From positions 1 to 62,693 of the forward strand of contig PKEU01000188.1 of the NCBI GenBank assembly GCA_002919195.1: 62,693 nucleotides of DNA, given 5' to 3'. The translations under genes were made by a program, and so were the position numbers. Below, in pieces: positions 8,456 to 17,877 of the stretch. Origin of the DNA: a bacterium (GTDB lineage Bacteria > Bacillota > Limnochordia > DTU080 > RSA5). Every line of letters begins with the position of its first letter. Position 1 is the stretch's first letter. The notes beneath the pieces were generated by a model. That model had not been told where the DNA came from. It worked only from the letters and a program-made list of their open reading frames with translations, and searched no databases.

Positions 8456-10699
8456 TTAAATTTTCTGATAATGTAGGACGGAGTCCTGCGACCAAAGGTG
8501 AGGAGATTCCTGCTCGCTCTGGGCCAGCTCGTTAAAGCGCTGGATGGTGGCGATCGCCTCATGGATCGCCGGCGTCGCCCGTCCCGCCAAAAAGACCACC
8601 CGACCCCGGGGATCCTCGGGGCTTCTTCCTGCCCGCCCCGCCATTTGCACCAAAGCCGCGGCGTCAAACACCCGCTCGTCGTCCGCGGCGAAGACCACCA
8701 CATCTAGCCGCGGAAGCGTGATGCCTCGCTCCAAGATGCTGGTGCTCACCAGGAGGCTCACTTCACCCCGGGCAAAGGCCGCGACTTTCTCCTCCCGCTC
8801 GGGATCTCCGGCGTGCACCGCGGCCACCGCGCCGCGCTCACGCCGGTCTCGCCCACCGTCGCCGTCGGCCTTCCGGCGCCAGAGCGCATAGCGGCCCGAC
8901 TCGACAAGCAACCCCGCGAGAACGCCCGCAAGGCGTACCGTGGGCACAAAAACGAGCACCCGCCGGCACGCTTTGAGACTCTCCTGGAGGAGCTGGTCGA
9001 GGCAAGGCCACCACGGGAGCTCCCGCTTCATGGGAAACGCCTGCACGCTTTTCGCCTTCCCCGCCCGCCCGGGCTCGTCCACCAAGGCCAGCCTCCGCAG
9101 CGCTTCTCGCTCCAACCCTTTGACCAGCACGACCTCAGGGAGGGGCAGCGGATGGCCGTGGGGCCGGCCGGGGAGCGTGAAGCAGCGAAGGGACTTTCCA
9201 AGGCGCCGGAGCAGCCGCTCGGGAGGGGTCGCGGTCATCAGCACCATCCGGCCGCCGGGCCGTTTCGCCCGTTCGAGCCCCTCGAGAAGCCACACTTCGC
9301 GGTTTAAGGGAAACGCGTCCACCTCGTCGACGATGACAAGATCAAACCGCTCGCAAAAACGGAGGGCCTGATGCACCGTGGCGACGATCACCGGGCTCTC
9401 TTGGTACCGGTGGGGCGTCCCTCCCCGCAGCGTCGCCGTCTCCACACCAACCAGAGCCTGGTTGAGCCTTTGGCCCAGCTGGTCGACGACGTCCCTGCGA
9501 GGGAGCGCAAAGAGGACCAGCCCTCCCCGCCGCACTGTCCGGCAGATCGCTTCCAGGGTCACCTCGGTCTTGCCCGCGCCACACGCGGCCCAGATCAGGG
9601 CATCTTCCGCAGACTCTGCTAGTTCCCGGGAGACCCTTTCTTGGAACGGGCTCAGCGCGAAGGGAAGCTCCACCCGCACCTCGCGGAGCGCCTCCCCTTC
9701 GATCTCGCCCGGCGACAACGCCGATGCCAACGTCACGCTACTTGCCTTTTTCGAAGCGAGGGGGCGCTCATAGAGCGGGGTGCACGCGGAAGACGCTCCC
9801 AGCGAACGGCAGTCGTCACATTGGGGGCAAAGCTCCAACCCGCAGCGCTGGCAGGGGTAATAGCTGACGCGAGGCGAAAGGCAGCGCCGGCACCGCCACT
9901 CCGGCGTCCCTGCCGGTCCGGCGCTCGCAACGCCGACGCCGGCCAACCGGCGGACTTTCCCCTGGTGGACCCAAGGATCGAGCAGCGCGTCGATCGATCC
10001 ATAAAAGCTCACACCCCGCTCGGCGAGGGCGCTCGCGATCTCATGAGGAAATAGCCGCCGGCCCGACAGCACCTCCAGGGCGTGCTCGCTCACTTCCAGA
10101 GCCGCCGCCACCAGGAGGTTGGGGCGTTTTTGAACCGCGCTTGCTCTCCCGCCGGTCCAACCGGCTTGGTCCACACCGCAAGCAGCGCTCGCGCACTCGC
10201 TTGTCCAAGGAGCCACCGGGACGGAAGGTACGCCACGGGTGAGAGCGCCCTCTTCCCGGCGCGCCTCGAGACCGGGTTCGACGTGAAAAACGTCCGGGGC
10301 GTCAAAGGCGTGAGGCGCCTGAGAAGCTTGAGCAACGTGGGGAGCCTGGTCCCAAAGCCAGCGCTCGGCCTCCTTGCGCAGAAACTTGATCGCCCTCTCA
10401 CCCTGGCCCCCTGGCCGCGGAAAACCCGCTCGCCCGAGGCGCCCAGCCAGCTTCATGAAGCGGCCGATACCGGCCAAAAATCCGCTTTCCCAGCGAGGTG
10501 GCGGGCACCCCAGCGCCCGCTGCTGCACCGCCTCCAAGTGGCGTTTCAAGGCCTCGGCGTACCCCAAGGGAAGCGGCCCCGAGACCGGGCGCGCAGGAGC
10601 GCCCTCCGGGAGAACTCCTCCTGGATGGATGGAAAGAGTGCACGATGAAGTTTCCGGCGAGTCCGCACACCAAAGGTAAAACTTCGTCGCCAGGCTCAT
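8456..10699 (-). CDS. comFA: ComFA-like DEAD/DEAH-box helicase with a Cys-rich zinc finger and a long N-terminal extension
   Basis: WRCRRCLSPRVSYYPCQRCGLELCPQCDDC zinc-ribbon cluster, then AACGAGKTE (Walker A), VIVDEVDAF (DEAD-like), LMTATPP and a helicase C domain (STSILERGITLP...QMAGRAGR). The ATG overlaps the upstream stop (ATGA). Confidence 0.65.
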   Translation of the reverse strand: MSLATKFYLWCADSPETSSCTLSIHPGGVLPEGAPARPVSGPLPLGYAEALKRHLEAVQQRALGCPPPRWESGFLAGIGRFMKLAGRLGRAGFPRPGGQGERAIKFLRKEAERWLWDQAPHVAQASQAPHAFDAPDVFHVEPGLEARREEGALTRGVPSVPVAPWTSECASAACGVDQAGWTGGRASAVQKRPNLLVAAALEVSEHALEVLSGRRLFPHEIASALAERGVSFYGSIDALLDPWVHQGKVRRLAGVGVASAGPAGTPEWRCRRCLSPRVSYYPCQRCGLELCPQCDDCRSLGASSACTPLYERPLASKKASSVTLASALSPGEIEGEALREVRVELPFALSPFQERVSRELAESAEDALIWAACGAGKTEVTLEAICRTVRRGGLVLFALPRRDVVDQLGQRLNQALVGVETATLRGGTPHRYQESPVIVATVHQALRFCERFDLVIVDEVDAFPLNREVWLLEGLERAKRPGGRMVLMTATPPERLLRRLGKSLRCFTLPGRPHGHPLPLPEVVLVKGLEREALRRLALVDEPGRAGKAKSVQAFPMKRELPWWPCLDQLLQESLKACRRVLVFVPTVRLAGVLAGLLVESGRYALWRRKADGDGGRDRRERGAVAAVHAGDPEREEKVAAFARGEVSLLVSTSILERGITLPRLDVVVFAADDERVFDAAALVQMAGRAGRSPEDPRGRVVFLAGRATPAIHEAIATIQRFNELAQSEQESPHLWSQDSVLHYQKI

Positions 10700-11268
10700 A
10701 CGCAGTACGATGCCAGGGGGGCCTGTTCGAGCTCGGCCACGTTGTGCTCCTCGTCGTAGACCACCCGGAAGTAATATGGCTCGGGCGCGTCGTCCAGGAC
10801 AAAGCGCAGGATCCGCCGGTCGACGTCGGGCAGGCGCTGGTGCTCGAGGTCGTCAAGGGACAGCCACCGCAGCTCGCCCTCGTCGCTCTCGACGAGCTCC
10901 CCCGTGTACCGGTGCGCCCGGAAGATAAAGAGCAGCCAGTTGTAGTGGGTGTCGCCCGTCTCGGAGCAAACCGCTTTGAGCCGGGGCTCGATGATCTCGA
11001 GCCCGGTTTCTTCTTTCATCTCGCGACGGATCGCCTCCAGGGGCGATTCGCCGGGCCTGATCTTTCCTCCGGGAGCGGTCCAATGCCCTGAAAAGGGTTC
11101 CTTCTTTCGCCTGAGCATCAGCAGGCGGTCCGAGACCACAAGGTAACAGAGGGTGCTGGGCAGCTGGTCCGGCCGGACGGCCAGCTTGTCGAAGTCGACG
11201 GGGTACCCCTGCCCCTCCAAAAACCGGCGGATCTCCGGCGCGTCGAAGCGGCTGACCATAGAGCTCAA
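10696..11268 (-). CDS. NUDIX hydrolase
   Basis: Nudix box GGKIRPGESPLEAIRREMKEETGLE. There are 4-nt overlaps with both neighbours. Confidence 0.85.
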   Translation of the reverse strand: MSSMVSRFDAPEIRRFLEGQGYPVDFDKLAVRPDQLPSTLCYLVVSDRLLMLRRKKEPFSGHWTAPGGKIRPGESPLEAIRREMKEETGLEIIEPRLKAVCSETGDTHYNWLLFIFRAHRYTGELVESDEGELRWLSLDDLEHQRLPDVDRRILRFVLDDAPEPYYFRVVYDEEHNVAELEQAPLASYCV

Positions 11269-11942
11269 CGCCGCTCAACCAGGAGCGTCTCCTGGCGGAG
11301 TTTCACGATGTGGCCTCCCGGGTAGACTCCCCGCAGCATCGCGTTGGGGTAGATCATTGTCTGCGGGCCGACGAGGGTGCCGGGGCTCAAGACGCAGTTG
11401 CACCCGGTCTTGACCCCGTCGCCCAAGACGGCGCCCAGCTTGCGCATGCCGGTGGCGATGCGCTGGTCGCCCACGCTCACGCTGATGACCGAACCGTCGT
11501 TTTTGAAGTTGGAAAGGCGGGTGCCCGCGCCCAGGTTGACGTCGCGTCCCAAGATCGAGTCGCCAGCGTAATTGAAGTGCGGGGCCGCGGCCCCGTCCAG
11601 CATGATCACCCGCTTGAGCTCGGTGGCGTGCCCGACGACGCACTCCCGGCCGACCACGCAGTGCCCGCGCAAGTAGGCGCCGTGGCGAACGACGCTCCCC
11701 TCGCCGATGATCGCCGGGCCCTGGATGTAGGCACCGGGCTCGATCACCGCGCCCGGCGCGACGTACACGTCGCCGTCGATCCACGCCCCGGGATGCACTT
11801 TTCCGTGCACCCCGGGACGGAGCGCGTCCTCCAAGTACTCGTCGAGGCGGTTGAGAGCCTCCCAGACATACGTGATCCCATCAAACAGCGGGTGATGAGG
11901 GTATTCATCCAGTTGGAAAAAGGCATCCGGAGTTAATTGCAC
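11265..11942 (-). CDS. Left-handed beta-helix (hexapeptide-repeat) transferase-like protein, GlmU C-terminal-like
   Basis: Successive hexapeptide-type turns (VAPGAVIEPGAYIQGPAIIGEGSVVRHGAYLRGHCVVGRECVVGH...DSILGRDVNLGAGTRLSN). No N-terminal nucleotidyltransferase domain is visible. Confidence 0.6.
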   Translation of the reverse strand: MQLTPDAFFQLDEYPHHPLFDGITYVWEALNRLDEYLEDALRPGVHGKVHPGAWIDGDVYVAPGAVIEPGAYIQGPAIIGEGSVVRHGAYLRGHCVVGRECVVGHATELKRVIMLDGAAAPHFNYAGDSILGRDVNLGAGTRLSNFKNDGSVISVSVGDQRIATGMRKLGAVLGDGVKTGCNCVLSPGTLVGPQTMIYPNAMLRGVYPGGHIVKLRQETLLVERR

Positions 11943-11976
11943 GTGCTAAGAACCTCCGAAGGAAGAGACTGGGGAT

Positions 11977-11985
11977 ATTCTACCA
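11977..11985 (-). promoter_or_regulatory. Candidate extended -10 promoter element (TGgTAGAAT) for the LbH-Nudix-comFA operon
   Basis: The minus strand reads cgTGgTAGAATatcc about 35 nt upstream of the GGAGG SD and GTG start at 11942. No good -35 is present. Confidence 0.35.
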
Positions 11986-12040
11986 CACGGGGCGTCCAAG
12001 GGCTGCTCCCGAGCGTGATGTAACCATTCTATTTTTTCGC

Positions 12041-13582
12041 TCACAGGCTGAGCTCGGCCAGCGCCGCGTACCGTTCCTTAAAAGCCGGGTAAAGCGAGCG
12101 ATAAAACTGGTACGCCTTGTCGTACACGGCGCGGTTTTCCGTCGGGCGGGTGCGATCTTTGGTCCGCACCGTCTTGTCGGCGGCCTCCACCACCGACGAG
12201 TACCGCCCGGCGCCGACCATGGCGAGCAGGGCCGCGCCAAAGGCCGGACCCTCGTCGATCTCGAGCGTCAGCACGTCAGCGCCAAAGACGTCCGCCTGGA
12301 TCTGCCGCCAGAGCGGGCTTTTCGCGCCGCCGCCGATGGCCCGGATCTCGGTGACCTCACGCCCCAGCTCCCGCATGATTTCCACCGAATCCCGCAGTGA
12401 AAAGGCGACGCCTTCAAAGACCGAACGCACCATGTCGGCCCGGGTGTGCGCCCCTGAGAGGCCGAAAAAGACGGCCCGGGCGTTGGCGTCGGCATGGGGC
12501 GTCCGCTCGCCGTTGAGGTAGGGCAGGAAAAAGAGGCCCCGGCTTCCCGGCGGGCTCTGCGACGCTTGGGCCGCCAGGAGGTCGTAGGCGTCGGGACCGC
12601 CCGCGGCTTCGATAGCCTTTTCCGCATGGCCCATCTGATCGCGAAACCACTTGAGGGAGAGCCCCGCCGAAAGCGTCACGCCCATCAGGTACCACTGGCC
12701 AGCGGTGGAGTGGTTGAAGGTGTGCACCCGGCCGGCGGGATCCTTGGCCATGGTATCCGACGGCGTCAGCACGACGCCGGAGGAGCCGATGCTGGAGAGA
12801 AACACCCCTTCCCGCACGATCCCCGCGCCCACGGCGCCGCAAGTGTTGTCGGCGCCGCCGGCGACCACCGGGGTTCCCACGAGGAGGCCGGTCGCCGCGG
12901 CCGCTTCGGCGGTCACCTTGCCGGCCACGTCAAAGGACTGCAGCACCGGGGGCAAAAGCTCCCGCTTGATCCCTAAAGCGTCCAGCACCGGCTGAGACCA
13001 CTCGCCTTTGGCCACGTCGAAAAGGAGGGTGCCCGCTGCGTCGGAGACTTCGGTCGCCAGCTCGCCCGTCAGCCGGTAGCGCACGAAGTCTTTGGGCAAC
13101 ACGATGTGCCGGACGCGGGCGTAGGCGTCGGGCTCGTTTTCCATGAGCCAGACGACCTTGGGGGCCGTAAACCCTTCGAGCGCCGGGTTGCCCGTGAGCT
13201 CGATCAGGCGCTCCCTGCCGCCCACCTTTTCGGTGATGGTCCGGCACTGCGCCGCGGTGCGCACATCGCACCACAAGATGGGCGGGCGGATCACCTCGCC
13301 CCGTTCATCCAAAAAGACCGAGCCGTGCATCTGGCCCGAAAACCCCACGGCCGCCACGGCGGAACCGTCGACGCCCGCCTTGCGAAGCACCCGGCGGGTC
13401 GCCTCGACGGTGGCCTGCCACCAGTCTTCGGCGTCTTGCTCAGCCCATCCCGGCCGCGGCCAGTGCAGCGGGTACTCCACGGTCGCGCTCTCCAACGGGC
13501 GCCCGTCGCCGGTCACCAGAAGCGCTTTGGTTCCCGAGGTGCCTACGTCGATTCCCAAAAAGAGATCGCGTTGCTGAGCCAT
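12041..13582 (-). CDS. xylB: Xylulokinase (FGGY carbohydrate kinase)
   Basis: LFLGIDVGTSGTKALLV N-terminus, GGGAKSPLWRQIQADVFG near the C-terminus, and a length of 513 aa. Confidence 0.8.
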   Translation of the reverse strand: MAQQRDLFLGIDVGTSGTKALLVTGDGRPLESATVEYPLHWPRPGWAEQDAEDWWQATVEATRRVLRKAGVDGSAVAAVGFSGQMHGSVFLDERGEVIRPPILWCDVRTAAQCRTITEKVGGRERLIELTGNPALEGFTAPKVVWLMENEPDAYARVRHIVLPKDFVRYRLTGELATEVSDAAGTLLFDVAKGEWSQPVLDALGIKRELLPPVLQSFDVAGKVTAEAAAATGLLVGTPVVAGGADNTCGAVGAGIVREGVFLSSIGSSGVVLTPSDTMAKDPAGRVHTFNHSTAGQWYLMGVTLSAGLSLKWFRDQMGHAEKAIEAAGGPDAYDLLAAQASQSPPGSRGLFFLPYLNGERTPHADANARAVFFGLSGAHTRADMVRSVFEGVAFSLRDSVEIMRELGREVTEIRAIGGGAKSPLWRQIQADVFGADVLTLEIDEGPAFGAALLAMVGAGRYSSVVEAADKTVRTKDRTRPTENRAVYDKAYQFYRSLYPAFKERYAALAELSL

Positions 13583-13708
13583 CGGCGATCGGCCTCCTCT
13601 GCCATAAAATTGGGACGTCTAAAACTACAGGAAACTTCCTCTTCATCAAGGGAAATCCCTGCGGAGACCCCCGGGCCGCGGCCTCCGTGCTTCGCGTGCG
13701 TTCCCGCC

Positions 13709-15553
13709 TTACCGCTCCAGGCGGCGACCGCCCGTCCCAAAGCTCGCCGTCAAAACCCAGACCGCCGAGACAAACACCACCCAGTCGCCCCAGCGGGTGT
13801 AAAGCGTCGGCCCTCCGCTTCGTGGTTCGATTTTGGCCACCAGCACGGCGGGCTCTCCCCTTTCCGCCCCGGCGACGAGCCTTCCCCGGCCGTCGACGAT
13901 CAGCGTGGGGCCCGTCGTCGCCGTCTGGGTGACGGTGACGCCGTGCTCCGCCGCTCTCATGGAAACGAAAGCCCGCTCAAGCCACGCGATCTCGCCGATA
14001 TGCGCCAAGCTCGCAATGTAATGGAGACTTTCCGCCCCCGCCCGCACCGTCGCGAGGGCGTGGTCGGGAACCACCACGTCCGAGCAAATTCCCACACCCA
14101 GGCGGCGTCCGGCGATCTCGATAAAGCCCGGGCGCCTCCCCGGCGCAAACTGGCTTTCGGCCACCGGGATGACATAGATCTTGTCGTACACAAACCGGCC
14201 CTCGCCGCTCGCTTCTACCCACAAGGCGGCGTTGCGGTCTCGTAAATCAAGGGATTCGTCAAGCCTGCCGGGGGCCGTTGGGGCGGCTGTCGCGGCTTGA
14301 GTGGGACGGGCTTGCGCCCGCGGCAGGCCGACGAGCCAGTGAACGTCTTTTTCCCGAGCGAGCCGCGCGAGGCTCTCCCGGAAGGCCGGATCACCCCACG
14401 CCGGATAGTGCACCACTGTCTCCGGCAGCACGACGAGGGTCGCGCCCGGCCCGCTTGCGCTTTCGAGAGCCTGGCGCGCCTGGGCTAGAGCGTTTCGCCA
14501 AAGCCCCCGCTGGGCTTCCATCTCGTCCCGGGCCTCACGATAGAGGGCCGGGGTGAAATGCGGCTGGACCAGCACCACCTGGAGCGGCTGGTCGCCCGGC
14601 TGCAACCCGGCTGGCACAGGCCCTCCGTGGTCCAACGCTCCTTCAAGCTGCGGCTCGATCCTCTCCGGCGGTTCAAACCGGTTGAGCGGGCCCACGTGCC
14701 CCCCGCTCAACAAGGCCCAAAGCGTCGCAGCACCGAGGACCGGGAAAACCCACCGGGCCGTGCCCCGGCTCCCTTGCCAGTCCCGGCTTCCCCTATGCGA
14801 AAGCCGACTCTCCGACAGCCTCTTCCGCTTTTCGGACCTGCCCGGCGCCTCTCTCGCGCCGCTTCCCTCGCTTTTGGGAGGGGGCGGCTCCGCTCTGTCA
14901 AGGAACCCGTCTTGAAGCTTTCCTTCCGCCCTTGGCCCGAGAGCCAGTCCCACCGTCACCAGCGCCGCGTTGACGGCGACGATGAGCCAAGCGACGGCGT
15001 AGATCCCCCCGTAGGAAGCGAGGATTAAGGGGAGCGAGGCCTGCCACTGCGTCACGCCCAAATACGTCGAAAAGCCCGCCACCAGCGTCCGGACGAGGTA
15101 CTCGACGCACACCCATGCAGAAGCGAGCAAGGGAACGAGAAACCAGCGACCCCTCTCGCATGTGGTGCGGGCGGCGGTTTGGGCGAGGAGGTCAAAGAGA
15201 CTGAGCACCAGGGCCGTGATGAGCCCGATCAGGAGAAAGCCGCCCACGCGCTCCACGGCGGTTCCCTCTTCAACAAAGAGCAGCGGGTAAAAGAGGCCAG
15301 CGCCCCACAAAAAACCCCCGACGGCCGTGAGCGCCCCACCGGCGACGGCCCGGGTCCCCGGCCGGCTGAGAGCCCGCCAGAGGAGGGGCGTGAGTGCAAC
15401 CCAGGCGAGAAAGGAGAGGTCGTAGGGCGGGTACGAAAGGAGGAGGAGCGCGCCGCTGACAAGGCCCGCCGTTTTCGCAAGAGGCGTTTCAACCTGCTCC
15501 GCTCGCTGGATCGCCCGCAAATCCCCGTCGCTCCCTCGCAAACAACCCGTCAT
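13709..15553 (-). CDS. lnt: Apolipoprotein N-acyltransferase
   Basis: Polytopic N-terminal membrane domain (LLSYPPYDLSFLAWVALTPLL) followed by a CN-hydrolase domain. Candidate E-K-C triad: VVLPE, YDKIYV, VGICSD. There is a terminal TM helix, and a charged insertion between the membrane and hydrolase parts. Confidence 0.75.
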   Translation of the reverse strand: MTGCLRGSDGDLRAIQRAEQVETPLAKTAGLVSGALLLLSYPPYDLSFLAWVALTPLLWRALSRPGTRAVAGGALTAVGGFLWGAGLFYPLLFVEEGTAVERVGGFLLIGLITALVLSLFDLLAQTAARTTCERGRWFLVPLLASAWVCVEYLVRTLVAGFSTYLGVTQWQASLPLILASYGGIYAVAWLIVAVNAALVTVGLALGPRAEGKLQDGFLDRAEPPPPKSEGSGAREAPGRSEKRKRLSESRLSHRGSRDWQGSRGTARWVFPVLGAATLWALLSGGHVGPLNRFEPPERIEPQLEGALDHGGPVPAGLQPGDQPLQVVLVQPHFTPALYREARDEMEAQRGLWRNALAQARQALESASGPGATLVVLPETVVHYPAWGDPAFRESLARLAREKDVHWLVGLPRAQARPTQAATAAPTAPGRLDESLDLRDRNAALWVEASGEGRFVYDKIYVIPVAESQFAPGRRPGFIEIAGRRLGVGICSDVVVPDHALATVRAGAESLHYIASLAHIGEIAWLERAFVSMRAAEHGVTVTQTATTGPTLIVDGRGRLVAGAERGEPAVLVAKIEPRSGGPTLYTRWGDWVVFVSAVWVLTASFGTGGRRLER

Positions 15554-15722
15554 CCCCTCGTCACGCTGCGCCCCAGGTCCGGGTCGAAAACGGCCAAAAA
15601 AGCGCCTGCCTAGGACAAACCTATTCTACCAAAACAGGCCTTCGATGAAGGAAACCCCCGCGCGAAAACGAATGCTTTTCCCAACGCGGTGTGATTTCAC
15701 ACGACTGAGAAGGAGTGAGTCT

Positions 15723-16442
15723 ATGCGAAGCATTACCCTTGCGCTGGCGTTGCTTCTCGCTCTGTCGGCAGGCGCCTACGCTCAGCCGGCCGCCAATGGG
15801 GAAGTCGCCTACACTCATCCGGCCGTCAACGTGGGTGTGAGCGCGGGAGTCTTGCTGGGAAGCCTCACGGAAACCGTGGATGACGACGAGGCGCTCTCCA
15901 GCGGGGCCCTGGGCTACTACATCGCTGGCGGCGCGGCTTTGGCCGAACTGCCCATTGCCATCAGCGCCTCGTACGCGACGTTCTCGCCGGATAAGATCAA
16001 GGTCCCGGGCGGGTCGGAAACCGACGACGAGCACACGGCGAGCGCCCTCGACCTTTTGGTCGGCTACCGCGTCCATGAAAACATCGCGGTGGCAGCGGGC
16101 TGGGCGTCTGCCTCGTATTCGGATGTCACGAAGGGACCCATTGAGTCCCGCAGCGCGTCGGGCCTTGCCATCGGCGCGATGGGCGGTACCCACCTTGGCA
16201 ACGGCATCGCCCTGAGCGGCAAGGCGTACTTCGTCCCCTCCGCGACGATCGAGATCGACGATAACAAGCACGACGAAAACGGCAGCCTCTTCGGCCTCTC
16301 GGCCAGCATTGGGTACCAGTTTATGCCCAACCTGGGAGCCGAAGCGGGCTACCGGCTCTCCCGGGCTTCCTTTGAGGAGGGCGGCGACACCGTCGCCTTT
16401 ACGGCGAGCGGCTTTTTCGCCGGCGTCACCTTCACGTTCTAA
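15723..16442 (+). CDS. Small outer-membrane beta-barrel protein (OMP_b-brl/OmpW-like class)
   Basis: AGAAGGAG SD, then MRSITLALALLLALSAGAYA-Q signal peptide, alternating-hydrophobicity strands, and the C-terminal beta-signal ...FFAGVTFTF. Confidence 0.7.
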   Translation: MRSITLALALLLALSAGAYAQPAANGEVAYTHPAVNVGVSAGVLLGSLTETVDDDEALSSGALGYYIAGGAALAELPIAISASYATFSPDKIKVPGGSETDDEHTASALDLLVGYRVHENIAVAAGWASASYSDVTKGPIESRSASGLAIGAMGGTHLGNGIALSGKAYFVPSATIEIDDNKHDENGSLFGLSASIGYQFMPNLGAEAGYRLSRASFEEGGDTVAFTASGFFAGVTFTF

Positions 16443-16488
16443 CGCCTATAAGCAAACGACGTGTGGATAGACCGGAACGAAGGGAAAA

Positions 16489-16521
16489 GGCCCTGCGCCT
16501 TCCGTGGCGCGGGGCCTTTTT
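16489..16521. terminator. Bidirectional intrinsic terminator between convergent OMP and panD genes
   Basis: GGCCCTGCGCC-ttccgt-GGCGCGGGGCC forms an 11-bp stem with one G.U pair. It is flanked by an A-run upstream and TTTTT downstream. Confidence 0.7.
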
Positions 16522-16609
16522 GGTCGCTCTTGGAAGCTGGCTTCGACACTTTCGCCATTCTTCCACTTGAGAGGGCTGCAAGCCTTCCGCTGGCTCCACA
16601 GCGGCAGCC

Positions 16610-16975
16610 CTACACCGGCCGGTTATGCTCGTCCACGTGCACGATGCGGGGGACGTATCCTTTGGCCTCTTCCTCGCTCATGATGGCGTAGGAGATGATG
16701 ATGACGATATCGCCCGGCGCGCCGAGCCTTGCCGCCGCGCCGTTGAGGCAGATCTCGCCCTTGCCCCGCTCGCCCGGCATCACGTAGGTCTCAAGGCGCG
16801 CTCCGTTGTTGACGTTGACGACCTGCACTCTTTCATAGGGCACGATGTCGGCGAGCTCCATCAACTCCTCGTCGATGGTGATGCTCCCCTGATAGTGCAG
16901 GTTGGCATCGGTGATCCTCGCACGGTGGATCTTGGACTTACATAGGGTGCGCCACACCGCTACCCCCTCCATCAC
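16610..16975 (-). CDS. panD: Aspartate 1-decarboxylase proenzyme
   Basis: [32 protein letters not shown]...[29 protein letters not shown] includes the G-S self-cleavage site. The ATG overlaps the panC stop; an alternative GTG lies at 16957. Confidence 0.9.
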   Translation of the reverse strand: MMEGVAVWRTLCKSKIHRARITDANLHYQGSITIDEELMELADIVPYERVQVVNVNNGARLETYVMPGERGKGEICLNGAAARLGAPGDIVIIISYAIMSEEEAKGYVPRIVHVDEHNRPV

Positions 16976-17832
16976 GTCAAGCTTCCCGTCTCGGGAAAGA
17001 GGATGTTGTCGATGAGGCGGGTCGTGCCGACAAACGCGGCCACGGCCACCGCCACCTGGCCGTCAATATAGCTTACCGGCTTGAGATCGACGGCGTCAAC
17101 CACTTCGATGTACTGCTCCCGGACGAGGGGCTCCTCGGCCCACACTTCCCTGACCCGGGCCCGCACCTTTTCGGGATCGCGCTCCCCTTTTTCCATTACC
17201 TCGCGGGCTGCCACAAGGCCCCGGTACAGTGCCGTCGCCGCCCGCCGTTCCTCAGGGTTGAGGTAGCGGTTGCGGGAGCTCATCGCGAGGCCGTCGGCCT
17301 CCCGCACGGTGGGCACCGTGCGGATTTCCAACGGGAAGTTGAGGTCTTCCACCATCCGCCGGATGACCGCCGCTTGCTGGAAATCCTTTTGCCCGAAATA
17401 GGCGACGTCGGGCTGGACGATGTGAAAGAGCTTGGTGACGACCGTCGTCACGCCCCGGAAGTGCCCCGGGCGATAGGCGCCGCAAAGGCCGGCGGTGAGC
17501 TCTTCCACCTCGACAAAGGCCCGTGGCGGCCGGGGGTACATCTCCTCATCGGAAGGCGCAAAGACGATGTCGACGCCCCGCTCCCGGCAAAAGGCTTCAT
17601 CTGCCTCCAGGTCCCGGGGGTACTTGTGAAAATCCTCGGCCGGGCCAAACTGGAGCGGGTTGACAAAGATGCTGACGACCGTCACGTCGCACTCGGCGAC
17701 GGAGGCGTCCATCAGCGCGCCGTGGCCTGCGTGGAGCGCTCCCATGGTCGGCACAAAGCCGATGCGGGCGCCGCGGGCCCTCGCCTCGGCCACGGCTTTT
17801 CGCACTTCTGCGATCGTGGTCACACGTCTCAT
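16972..17832 (-). CDS. panC: Pantoate--beta-alanine ligase
   Basis: [17 protein letters not shown]...[10 protein letters not shown]...YFGQKDFQQ motifs. Start taken at Met13 of the ORF, after GAAAGGGG. Confidence 0.9.
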   Translation of the reverse strand: MRRVTTIAEVRKAVAEARARGARIGFVPTMGALHAGHGALMDASVAECDVTVVSIFVNPLQFGPAEDFHKYPRDLEADEAFCRERGVDIVFAPSDEEMYPRPPRAFVEVEELTAGLCGAYRPGHFRGVTTVVTKLFHIVQPDVAYFGQKDFQQAAVIRRMVEDLNFPLEIRTVPTVREADGLAMSSRNRYLNPEERRAATALYRGLVAAREVMEKGERDPEKVRARVREVWAEEPLVREQYIEVVDAVDLKPVSYIDGQVAVAVAAFVGTTRLIDNILFPETGSLT

Positions 17833-17877
17833 GGACGGGCCCCTTTCCTGCGCAAGCCTTGCCGTCATGACCCAATA

